Sequence record: MZ501268.1
Direction: 5' to 3' (one strand)
Length of the DNA stretch: 64,000 nucleotides
Shown here in pieces: positions 53,664 through 63,400 of the stretch. A model generated the notes under the pieces. The model ran no database searches, had not been told where the DNA came from, and was given only the letters and a program-made list of their open reading frames with translations. The translations under genes were made by a program, and so were the position numbers. Each line of letters begins with the position of its first letter. Position 1 is the stretch's first letter.

Positions 53664-54334
53664 CACCTGCCCGCCAACAGACTCAGCAATTTGTGATGGA
53701 CGCAATTGCTGAAATACTCCCCGGCTCTAAGAACCGGGAGATCTACGCTGACTTCTTCTCACGCCAGACCGATGAGAGCTTCGATGCGTTAATGCAGCGT
53801 ATGGATGAGGATCAGGAGATCTTCCCGTTCTATCATCCTAACTTCACCGGTAAAGTGATTGATGTTGAGCACGTGATCAAACTCATTGAGAAACATGGGG
53901 ATACCATCATGGAGCAGCTTAATGACATCGACCCAGAAACCGGCATGCAGTATCTGACCCCGTTGAAATACCCGGTGCTGTTGTTACCGCTGCGTATTCA
54001 GCAGCAGAAACTGCAGAAGAAGATGTCGATTCCAAAAGACAACAATCACATCGATGACCTGACCAACCAACCGACCACAGAATCTAAAGGTGCGTCTTTA
54101 TCCTACCCTGAAGTGCAGATCATCTATGCAATGGGTGGCGATAAGATCCTGGAAGAAACCATGAAGGTCCGTGGTGGCGATGAGAAAGCGTTCCGTGATT
54201 ATAACAACGAAATTATTGCCAACGGCGGTGTGACTATTGCGGCGATCAGCAGCAGCAAGACCAAGGTGAAGTCCACCAAGACCGTCGCAGTAATTCTTGA
54301 AGCCATGCACTTGAGCAACAACTTGGCGAGTTAA
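53660..54334 (+). CDS. virion RNA polymerase beta subunit, C-terminal part (phiKZ gp149-like)
   Basis: LNDIDPETG, LRIQQQKLQKK, DDLTNQP..SKGASLSYPEVQI..LEETMKVRGGD parallels the beta C-terminal GQRFGEME..QEMLTVKSDD region. Confidence 0.8.
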   Translation: MTPARQQTQQFVMDAIAEILPGSKNREIYADFFSRQTDESFDALMQRMDEDQEIFPFYHPNFTGKVIDVEHVIKLIEKHGDTIMEQLNDIDPETGMQYLTPLKYPVLLLPLRIQQQKLQKKMSIPKDNNHIDDLTNQPTTESKGASLSYPEVQIIYAMGGDKILEETMKVRGGDEKAFRDYNNEIIANGGVTIAAISSSKTKVKSTKTVAVILEAMHLSNNLAS

Positions 54335-54343
54335 GGATGCACC

Positions 54344-54913
54344 ATGAGTAATATATTCCAATCCATGACCGGGAAGGGGAAAGTCGAGCTCTCCCCGGTT
54401 GAGCTGGATGCAGAAGTTCAGAGCATCGTTTCTGAATATGTCGGTACTTACTTACGCAACCGCATCTTCTTAGCTGTGCAGGGTAACAAGCCGGTAAAAG
54501 AAGATGAAGGCTACATGGCGATCGTGAGCTTCCTGGCGCTGGTGAATAACGAATTCAACCATATGCGCATGTGGTCGACAGCCGACATGACTACCGTGGT
54601 TTGGCCACAGATTGCTGCAGATGACCATGTTCTACGGTTTGTGTTCAAGGGCACCACGTATGTCAGTGTGCGCGCCTTTAATGGCGATGAACCTTTTCAC
54701 AAGTTGGTTGAACATGTCGCAGGGTCGTTGAGTTGTATGTCGCATACCAACAACCCAATCATCTCTGGCGACTTGGTATCGGTGTTACCGCGTAATGATG
54801 AACTGACAGAACTCTTTATGGGTAATCAGTGGTCATTGTTCATTTACTATCTGACGCGCATCAACCTCGTTGAGATTGTAACCGCATCGAAAGTCGGAGG
54901 AGTTGCATCATGA
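54344..54913 (+). CDS. conserved phiKZ-like hypothetical protein
   Basis: 189 aa, operonic after the vRNAP subunit. Confidence 0.65.
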   Translation: MSNIFQSMTGKGKVELSPVELDAEVQSIVSEYVGTYLRNRIFLAVQGNKPVKEDEGYMAIVSFLALVNNEFNHMRMWSTADMTTVVWPQIAADDHVLRFVFKGTTYVSVRAFNGDEPFHKLVEHVAGSLSCMSHTNNPIISGDLVSVLPRNDELTELFMGNQWSLFIYYLTRINLVEIVTASKVGGVAS

Positions 54914-55641
54914 TTGGTGGTGACCGCATTGGGTGTTATGTCCCATTAGATGCCTTGCTGGATACCCGCATCGGTGTCATTGACCAAATCGCCGGCGAGA
55001 ACGGATTGGCGTTAGTGGAGTCCTGGTACCATACCCGCACCACTGATCGCTTTGACCGTAAAGGTACCGCACTCACTCAGACGGCATATAAGGCAGCCTG
55101 GGCCGCCCGTGATGAAGAGACGTTAAAGCGCACACGGATGACGTTTGTGCCGATGTATCTGATGAACTTAATCAGTCGGTACAACACCGCTCATGGGATG
55201 CCGATCATGGCGGCAACGTACACGGTGACCGTGAATACGTATCCGTACAAACTGCCTGATGAACGCAAAGCACAACTGCAGCAGATCATTGAGACCTACA
55301 CGTCAGGTATTGCTGAAGTCGTGATTGACTACATCGACCCTGCTGACTTGACTGTCGAGTACATCAAAGCAAACTACTCGGTTTGTCTGATGTATGAGTT
55401 CGATGACTGGCTGATGAAACACAAGGATGAGTTTGCGAAAGTGCAGATGCCAGGGACAGTGATCATTGCCCCGAAGCTGTATCTGTCAGATGTGTCGGAT
55501 GAAGTGATTAAACGTGCGGAGAGCGGGGATGGGTTTGCCGGGTTGTCACTGGCGCTGTGTGCATTGGTGACGACGGTGTTCCTGGATGTAAGGTTGTTCT
55601 CTTATGTCACAGACACACCGCCGAACCTGGATGACGAATAA
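54910..55641 (+). CDS. conserved phiKZ-like hypothetical protein
   Basis: YVPLDALLDTRIG motif; ATGA overlap. Confidence 0.7.
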   Translation: MIGGDRIGCYVPLDALLDTRIGVIDQIAGENGLALVESWYHTRTTDRFDRKGTALTQTAYKAAWAARDEETLKRTRMTFVPMYLMNLISRYNTAHGMPIMAATYTVTVNTYPYKLPDERKAQLQQIIETYTSGIAEVVIDYIDPADLTVEYIKANYSVCLMYEFDDWLMKHKDEFAKVQMPGTVIIAPKLYLSDVSDEVIKRAESGDGFAGLSLALCALVTTVFLDVRLFSYVTDTPPNLDDE

Positions 55642-55643
55642 CC

Positions 55644-56096
55644 TTACTTTGGTTTATTCGGTGTCATGATGTCTTCGTACTCGATGTGCTCACTCCCCTG
55701 ACGGGTTTCGCCATCTTTAAAGTTAGGGGCAGGAAGCTGATTAGCATCGGGCGCTGGGGTGGAGATCGGTGCATGGGAGCGATCGTCTTTCCCACGCAGT
55801 GCAAAGCCCCCGGCTGCCAGGACTTCTTTTACGGCACCAATGATCAGTGCGCCTTGAGTCTCGTCGTTGTCCTGGGCTTTCTGTTCCAAGTCAAGACGCT
55901 GACGGTTGATAATGGACTTGTCAATGTCACCCATCGCAGTCAGGGCGATCTTCAACATCTTCGGATCTTGGTTACTGGCTTTAATTGGTGCACCAGACTC
56001 ACCGTCTTTCTCATCAAGGATATCATCGACAATACCCAATCGACGCATTTGCATACGACGCATTAAGGCCGCATCGTCTAATTCATAATCAGCCAT
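55644..56096 (-). CDS. hypothetical protein
   Basis: Start moved to ATG 56096 (RBS GGAGG). Confidence 0.65.
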   Translation of the reverse strand: MADYELDDAALMRRMQMRRLGIVDDILDEKDGESGAPIKASNQDPKMLKIALTAMGDIDKSIINRQRLDLEQKAQDNDETQGALIIGAVKEVLAAGGFALRGKDDRSHAPISTPAPDANQLPAPNFKDGETRQGSEHIEYEDIMTPNKPK

Positions 56097-56118
56097 GAGG
56101 CCTCCAGAATAAGTCACA

Positions 56119-56136
56119 CCTACATTATCTAGGTGA
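56119..56136 (+). promoter_or_regulatory. putative early promoter CCTACATTAT-N4-GTGA
   Basis: Motif match in a divergent intergenic region. Confidence 0.6.
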
Positions 56137-56693
56137 TCGTAAGTGTATTAAAAGGAATCGTTATGCGCTTTTTTAAAAAGCTGGCACTCAAACGCTGCAT
56201 GGCGATGTTGCGTGAAGCAAGGGGTGATACCTTTACTGCGCAAGAAAGCATGAACGTTCTTCAAGTGCTTGATACCGTGATTTCTACGGACGGCATCATA
56301 AAATATTTCGATGTTCGAGTTTCATTGTCAATCATGATGGAAACGCAGCTTCCAAATGCCATTGCGATGATCGACCTGATCACCGAAATAAATCGCCATA
56401 TCCAAAAAGATATTGATTCAACTCTTCCCGATCACGGTGCGTTGTTCTCGGAGTTTCGTGACATCCGACGCATCACGTTGTATGACTGGTTATCTGATAA
56501 TCAGGGGAATGTCGTAGATGCTCCACAATTTTATCAACTGTTTATTAATCAGTTGAATCAATTAATTACCGTTATTGTGAACTGTGAAGACCAACCAACT
56601 CAACAGTACTATCTGCGTAGATTGCAGCCGATCTATAATGAATTACTGGAAACAGTGTATGCGGCGTTACACTGCGGGTTGTTAAGTCTCTAA
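56133..56693 (+). CDS. hypothetical protein
   Basis: Likely start ATG 56163 (RBS AAGGA). Confidence 0.65.
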   Translation: MIVSVLKGIVMRFFKKLALKRCMAMLREARGDTFTAQESMNVLQVLDTVISTDGIIKYFDVRVSLSIMMETQLPNAIAMIDLITEINRHIQKDIDSTLPDHGALFSEFRDIRRITLYDWLSDNQGNVVDAPQFYQLFINQLNQLITVIVNCEDQPTQQYYLRRLQPIYNELLETVYAALHCGLLSL

Positions 56694-56704
56694 GGGGTTA
56701 TCAG

Positions 56705-57169
56705 GTGTCCGAAAAGAAAAAGCCAAAGGATCAACTCACGGAGATGTTGACCGACCCAACGAAACAGATGCGTCAAACCGCTGATCCGTTGGTAAGACTC
56801 TGGCGACAATTCATGGCACGGGAGCTTGTCACTCCCTCTAAGTGGGGTGCCTTGATTGCTGAACACATCACCCGACTACGACGCTTTAAAGAAATGGATG
56901 TACAAGCAGTCGGTACTGAACGGGGTAATTTAAAGAAAGCGTTTATTGAAAAGAATAAAATGTCTTTCTCGGCGTTCCAACGTGGTTTACGTTTCCTGGG
57001 ATTTATGAAGGTTACGATCATCATCATTGCAGAGCGACCTTCTGGAGAGAAAGTCGAAGAGCGTGTTGAGATCGAGTTAATTAAGCGGATGTTTACACCA
57101 GGAAAACCGCCGACCACACCGCCTACTGAGAAAGACAAGCCCGACCCGAACAAACCGCCTGAGAAGTAA
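56705..57169 (+). CDS. hypothetical protein
   Basis: GTG start after RBS AAGGGG; basic. Confidence 0.65.
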   Translation: MSEKKKPKDQLTEMLTDPTKQMRQTADPLVRLWRQFMARELVTPSKWGALIAEHITRLRRFKEMDVQAVGTERGNLKKAFIEKNKMSFSAFQRGLRFLGFMKVTIIIIAERPSGEKVEERVEIELIKRMFTPGKPPTTPPTEKDKPDPNKPPEK

Positions 57170-57184
57170 CGCGATACTATAGAA

Positions 57185-57204
57185 GATGGGACTTCGGTCC
57201 CATC
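57185..57204 (+). terminator. hairpin terminator
   Basis: GATGGGAC-TTCG-GTCCCATC with a displaced T-run. Confidence 0.7.
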
Positions 57205-57235
57205 GCTATTATTCACTCTTTTTTTTTGTTGAGGA

Positions 57236-58312
57236 TTGATCATGGCAGGAGTGGACATCGGACAATCGATCTCAAACTCGATTAAGTCAGCAAACTCGGT
57301 AACACAAAATGCCGTGAACAAAGTACAGTCTACGTTTGTTGGCGGCATTAAAGAAGATCTCGCATTAGTCGATGCCAAAACCAAATCGGCAGTGCAAACC
57401 CTGAACTCTTATAAGGATACTGCGATCGGTGCAGTAGATGGGTTCATTAAGAAGGTCTCTAACGGCGCTCTAAGCATCTCTGAGCTGTCTAGCATCATCG
57501 ATGTACGTAATGGCATCACTGTTGACTACAACAGGCTCTACAGGCGTTTAGGAGACGCTGCTGGCTTCCCTATGGATTCGATCATTGGGATGACTGCTGA
57601 GATTAAGTTGGAAGTGGCTAACGTATTAGACGCTTACTCCAGCAAGAACTATACCTACCTGCTCAATAAAGCCGGGATCAAGATTGGGGTCAATGACGCC
57701 AGCTACCAGGCGATGCAATTGATCTCCAGTGTGATCAGTAAGATGTCGGACAGTGATTCTGATTTCAGTAACATTGTCGATGAAGCCGCGCAGCTTGCTT
57801 TACTCAATGTCATGGTGCGTAATGCCGTGCAAGTTGGGTTGTGGTCTGGCATTGATACCTTGCTTGCTCAGTATACCGACAAAGCAGCGGGAATCACTAA
57901 TCTGGCGAACTGTGCGCAGATTGCAATTCGTGCAGGGGATGTGTACACCACCAAGTACATCGTCGATACCGTTGGCATTGCCCGAGTAACAGCATTGAAC
58001 ACGGACTTCTTGTCTGACATGCTGCGTTACTTCAAATTCAAATCGGATGTCACAACGTCACAGTACGCCGACTACCTGAACACGATGGTCTACTCATTAC
58101 AGCAAGCTGACAGTGATTGGGCGTACATCCAGTTTGGGACGGTCAGGGCATTACGATTAAAACCGTTCACCCAAGCCTCTACTGATGCAATCACCTTGTT
58201 TGAGAATACTGATGAGTATCGCCAGCATGTGATGATCGCTCGGACATACCCGTCAAAAGACTTGATGGATCTGTTAAAGCAAAGTTATCCCAACATGGCA
58301 TTGGTACAATAA
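57236..58312 (+). CDS. putative virion structural protein
   Basis: 358 aa; RBS GAGGA; convergent with the baseplate/tail genes as in phiKZ-like genomes. Confidence 0.55.
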   Translation: MIMAGVDIGQSISNSIKSANSVTQNAVNKVQSTFVGGIKEDLALVDAKTKSAVQTLNSYKDTAIGAVDGFIKKVSNGALSISELSSIIDVRNGITVDYNRLYRRLGDAAGFPMDSIIGMTAEIKLEVANVLDAYSSKNYTYLLNKAGIKIGVNDASYQAMQLISSVISKMSDSDSDFSNIVDEAAQLALLNVMVRNAVQVGLWSGIDTLLAQYTDKAAGITNLANCAQIAIRAGDVYTTKYIVDTVGIARVTALNTDFLSDMLRYFKFKSDVTTSQYADYLNTMVYSLQQADSDWAYIQFGTVRALRLKPFTQASTDAITLFENTDEYRQHVMIARTYPSKDLMDLLKQSYPNMALVQ

Positions 58313-58314
58313 AC

Positions 58315-58353
58315 CGACATAGAGGAGAGGGCAAACGCCCTCTCCTTATGCTG
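58315..58353. terminator. bidirectional terminator
   Basis: CGACATA + GGAGAGGGC-AAAC-GCCCTCTCC + TTATGCTG. Confidence 0.8.
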
Positions 58354-58379
58354 GTCTTTTTTTTTGTGTGCAGAGAACC

Positions 58380-60368
58380 CTAATTGCGGTAGGTGCCCTG
58401 GACAAATGCCGAGATCGCTTGCCCAACCAGTGACGACGAGAACGTTGCCGCCATCTGTGTCGGTGATACCCACTGCTTCACATCCAACTGTGTCTTCGCT
58501 AACACACGGGCCAGTTTGTCTGAACGGTAGATCTGCTCATTCAATCCCATCCCTGATAACACCGCCAGGTAGTCTGAGTAGTTGTTATCGTCGGTCATGA
58601 GTTTCGATGCAGCACGAGCAGGGTTAGTTAAATCCCCTGGGTTCAGTGCTGGGTCGATTGGCGCATGAAGCATCGGTGACATGTCAGCAACCGAGAAGGT
58701 TACATCAATCCCCAGTGGGTGTTTGTCTTTGTTCCAACCAACGTTACCGACACCACGCTGAATACTCATTGAGTCGATCATCCCTAAACGGGTTTGTGAA
58801 CGACCTTTTGAATATGCTTCCACTAAGAATGGTGAGGTATAGGCCTGAGCGCCCACAGAACGCGGTAGGACCATGTTTAACAGACAAACCAAGGGAATGA
58901 TCAGGTTCTGGATACGTGCCACTGGATGGCCGTATGGAGAGCGTAGGTTGATCGTGTACGTTTCCCGTGGGAGAGACGCGGTCGACCCAGTCCAGTGTTG
59001 TGGGATCTCGATATAGCCCTGACCCAACATCAGGTTAACAATCCCGCCTAAGCTGGTACCCGATGCGTATCCCTGCACAACCTGCATACTGGAATCGATC
59101 AAGGAGTCAATCGGACCAAACCCTGTCTTACCACCCCCTGCCATGAAACGTGCATCCTGAGCGGCAGTAGATGCACCATTCAGAATCCCAGTCAACTGGT
59201 TCTCACCAAATGAACTCTGGAAGGATTCCCCGATAGCGCCATTGTGGTTAACCTTAAACCCAATGAAGGAACCACCATCACGCAATTCGGATTCCATGTG
59301 ATCCAACACACTGTTAAAGAACCCAGTGGATTTCTCAACATCCGTGACTGCTGCTGTATCGCCATTAGAGGTCGGAACCGTAATCCCGTTATCACCATCC
59401 GCATCCGTAGTGTAGCTCCCTGCCGTTTCCATTGCGGTACCAGAAGCATCCTTCACCTGACCTAAGCCGGCATTGAAGTACGATTCAAGATACGTTGATA
59501 GATTAGACTCAGGGCTATCACCCGCGGGGTCAGTCCAGGTATTGCCGTGGTTGTTGATGGCTTTGATCGCACTATCACGATCGTTAACCGTGGACGACTC
59601 AATACGTTGGGCTAGCGCTTTCTGCCAACGAATGTGTTTACGGTTAGCGCGGTTAGCAAGATAGAAAAGGTCAACAGAACCATCAGCACGCCAAAGGCCA
59701 GGCAACATGTTCGCAAGCAGTTTACGCTCATTGGGTGTGTAAGCTGAGAAGTCAAACGTCTGCTCCTTTATTGTCGAGTGACGTGTACGGAAAGCCGGTG
59801 GAATAATCCCCATGTTGATCATGATGGCGTTCAACATGTTGGTACAGGATTTCCAATACAACGGCATGGCATTCTTCGAATAATAGAACTTCGATTTAGG
59901 AATACCCATCAACCACGTTACGGTGGTATACGTCACAGAGATCGCTTGGATTGGCCAGTGAATAATAGCCGAGACTGCTTCAGCGAAATGGAACAACCAG
60001 CCTGGTGCACGACCTGTACGAGCAAGGTAAGCTGCGTTCGAATCAAACATGTTGGCCAAGAAACTGAAGATCCCGTTAAACTCAGGCACCCCCATACGGA
60101 AATACACCACGTCGGCGTTGTCATCGATCGCGGCACTGTAGTCTGACCCCATGCCACCGAACTGATCATTCCACCAACGACTGGCACGGATATCACAGCT
60201 TGGCGCCCACTGCGGCGGTGGGTTAATCCAGAAGTTACCACCCGGGGTTGTGTCTGTGAATTTGTTTCGGGCTTTCTGGAATTGCCTGCGGTCTTTTAAC
60301 CCGTCATCAATATTTACCCCAGAGAGCATAAATGCCTGTTGTAAATAATCATGGTCTTTAATGTTCAT
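58380..60368 (-). CDS. putative baseplate/tail protein (phiKZ gp182-like)
   Basis: 662 aa; TDTTPGGNFWINPPPQW, GMGSDYSAAIDDN, LGMIDSMSIQRG; directly follows the giant lytic tail gene. Confidence 0.65.
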   Translation of the reverse strand: MNIKDHDYLQQAFMLSGVNIDDGLKDRRQFQKARNKFTDTTPGGNFWINPPPQWAPSCDIRASRWWNDQFGGMGSDYSAAIDDNADVVYFRMGVPEFNGIFSFLANMFDSNAAYLARTGRAPGWLFHFAEAVSAIIHWPIQAISVTYTTVTWLMGIPKSKFYYSKNAMPLYWKSCTNMLNAIMINMGIIPPAFRTRHSTIKEQTFDFSAYTPNERKLLANMLPGLWRADGSVDLFYLANRANRKHIRWQKALAQRIESSTVNDRDSAIKAINNHGNTWTDPAGDSPESNLSTYLESYFNAGLGQVKDASGTAMETAGSYTTDADGDNGITVPTSNGDTAAVTDVEKSTGFFNSVLDHMESELRDGGSFIGFKVNHNGAIGESFQSSFGENQLTGILNGASTAAQDARFMAGGGKTGFGPIDSLIDSSMQVVQGYASGTSLGGIVNLMLGQGYIEIPQHWTGSTASLPRETYTINLRSPYGHPVARIQNLIIPLVCLLNMVLPRSVGAQAYTSPFLVEAYSKGRSQTRLGMIDSMSIQRGVGNVGWNKDKHPLGIDVTFSVADMSPMLHAPIDPALNPGDLTNPARAASKLMTDDNNYSDYLAVLSGMGLNEQIYRSDKLARVLAKTQLDVKQWVSPTQMAATFSSSLVGQAISAFVQGTYRN

Positions 60369-60397
60369 TCACCAACTCCGAATGATTAAGAATAAGA

Positions 60398-60419
60398 AGG
60401 CGGGGGATTAACCCCGCCT
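60398..60419 (-). terminator. hairpin between the tail and baseplate genes
   Basis: AGGCGGGG-GATTAA-CCCCGCCT. Confidence 0.55.
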
Positions 60420-60423
60420 GGTG

Positions 60424-63400
60424 TTACTGATTACCGTACTTACGACGGAAGTCTACGGCAGGTGCGCCTGTCCCGCTAGCCGGTTGTTGTGTTGCTGCTG
60501 CAGGCTTACTCATTGCCTGCATTTGCATTTCAATGAATTGCCTCAACACATCAACCAAAGAAGTCATCTTATCATCAATGGACGACAGATGGTCCTTGCT
60601 ACCAGACAGGGCAGCCACAGACTCTTTCGGCATGACCGGTTGAGCTGGAGCAGGGGTAGCTGCAACAACCTGAGGGGCATTAGGAACTTGCGCCTGGGTC
60701 GGTTGCATCTGTGGTGGGGTATTCAGGGTTGGTGTCGTTGCTGCACCCGGAGGTGGTGTCGTCGATGCCTGATTGTCGATTGCCGATGCGGTGGAGTCTT
60801 TTGCATTCGGTGTACTTGATCCTGCACTGACGGTCGCGCTAACACTTGGTCCTGTGGTACTCTTCAGAGCCGGTGCATCACCCTGACCTGACGGCGGGGT
60901 AACCGGAGCCGCTGCCGCAGCGTTAGCTGCAGAGGCACCTGGTGCAGTGAGTTCAGCTGCCGTCTTCGCCCCGGACAACGCAGGTGAATCTGGACCGCCT
61001 TGCTGCACACTCGTTTGAGCAGTTGACGCATCATCCGTTTGTGCCCCGGCAGAGGTATCCTTACCAGAGATGATGTCATCAAACTTACCTGTCCCAACCA
61101 GATCCGTATACTGTTTAAACAACTGACCGCGTTCAGCAAGACCGTGTGTCCCGCCATTGATCAGTTTGGTAACCGTATTCAGATCCCCTTTCTTCGCTGC
61201 ATCTTCAATCCCGCCACGGGACTTCCAATACCACAATGCCGACTTGGCAGCCATCTCAGGATCTGTTGAGAGCTTATCTGGATCAGAGACCAGGTCGACC
61301 CCCATTCCTTTACTGGCTGCGGCGTAGTTGGCTTTACCGGTCAGCTGCATGAAGCCACGCCCACGGTACTTCCAACCATCCCCCGGTTTATCATTCCCCA
61401 TGCGTCCGCCGTAGATGGCATTCGCAATTGCGACAGGACCCGCTGTTGCCAGCTGTTGTGCTGCTGCAAGACTTGGGAAACGATTCGGCCAGAGTTTCAT
61501 GAGGGTCTCTGCTTTGTAACGCAGGTTCTCCTCAAGCTTACTAAAGCCACCGGACTCCAAGTGGGTTTGTGCCAAGAGCATGGCAATCTCGTTCTTATCC
61601 GTTATCCCCGCTTTCACAGCCTGACGGATTAAGATACGCGCACCCTCTTGTGCACCTGGTCCTAACTTGATTGGACCGACCTTACCGGTATTGTCAACCC
61701 CTCCGCTTGCTCCGCCAGCACCTTGACCCGCACCACCACCGTACGCTGTTTCAATACGGCCTGTTTCTGGGTTGTAGGTAGTGACCTGTCGCTGAGAGGT
61801 ATAGACTTGACCAGTACTCGTCTTCACTTGGTTATTCACCATGTTACCTGACGAGTCTTTACGCCACTCTTTCTCAGTGGTGCCGTCTTTGTTTTGCTGA
61901 ACACCGCCTTTCACTGCTTCAGCCGAATACTGCGCTTGCTTCACCTGGGCTTTCAAGTTATTCAGATGGTTTTGAATAATTGAAGCATCATCATTCATCT
62001 CACCCGTAGACCACGGAGATGTCTTGATAGTCCAGACAGAGATCGCATTAACCCCATCAGTGTACTTCGCATTTGCCATTGCAGTTGCAGCAGCAAACTT
62101 CAGTTCCGGTGGCATCTTCGGCACAGCTAAGGTTGGTCGGGTATCGCCCGTTTGCGTGTAGACTGTTCCTGCAAAGGACAAGTACGCTGGCAAGAAGCGA
62201 CGAGTGAACCACGGCTCCCAGGATTTGTACGACCACTGACTGGATGGATTCAATCCAAAGGAAGCAGCCACTAAACGGTAGATGTCAGATGCTTTACCAT
62301 CAAACGTCGCACCGCTGTCCGTGAACTTCACTTTGTTCGCCATCACCAGTTCTAACTGCAGGAGCGTTGAAACACGATCCACGTCAAGCGTAGGCAAGCC
62401 ATAGACTTTCATACGCAAGGCAGTCAGGTCATCCATCGGTTGACCAGACTTCGGTAACAACCCGCCTAAGATGTCTCCTGCACTAACCACGGTTCGATCA
62501 CCAGTGAACCACGATGACTCTTTGTGCCCCACGGTGTTCAACCCAGGGATGTCACCGGTTGGGTTGATCGCTTTGACCATGTCGCCACTAAGCTCACGCT
62601 TAGACGCCACTTCACTCATCCCAGTGGCAAACACTGAGGTGGATTTACCCGTCGTCATCTTCGAGGCTTTCACCCGTAAACGATCGACCACATCTTTTAC
62701 CAGTGCTTCGGTCTGTTTGCGATCAGTTGCATTCAGGTCCGGGAACACACGTCCGGTAAAGGTGTATGGGTGGTCAGCAGAATCATCGAACTGTTGTGCG
62801 CGTTTAGCAATCTCATACTTCGCAGCCTCATCCGTTGACTTATCAAGGTCCATGAATGATTGGCTTGGTAGAACTTGCTTGGCCACGGCTTTGTGTGTCA
62901 GGAAGACCGGTTTGAAACGATGGAGGAACCAACCTGCGAATGACTCCACCTGATCACGGTCATTAGGATCATCAACGAAGCCAGATGCCAGTTTCGCAAT
63001 CGGGGCCTTTGGATCCAATGAGGCGTAACCATCATCAGTAGTCTTGACATACGGTTCTAATGCTGCTTCAAGTTTCAGGATAGCCGAGACATGATCGGTA
63101 TCATTGTCTGGTACACCGTACTGACGAAGACGCATTTGCTGGAGTAACCCAGGGTCATTGAACCAGCCGTATAAGGAACGACCAATCGCACCACCACCGA
63201 GCGCACCAATCGCACCCCCGGCAACAGCACCGATGGCGGTTCCGACAACCGGCACAACTGAACCGATAGCCGCACCCATTGCAGCGCCACCCAGAATACC
63301 GCCAACACCTGAACCTACTGCTTCAGCTGCACCGGCATCGTCTCCTTCTTTATAAGCACTGTAAGCCTCAAAAGCAGAAAGACCGGCTGTGACAATTCCG

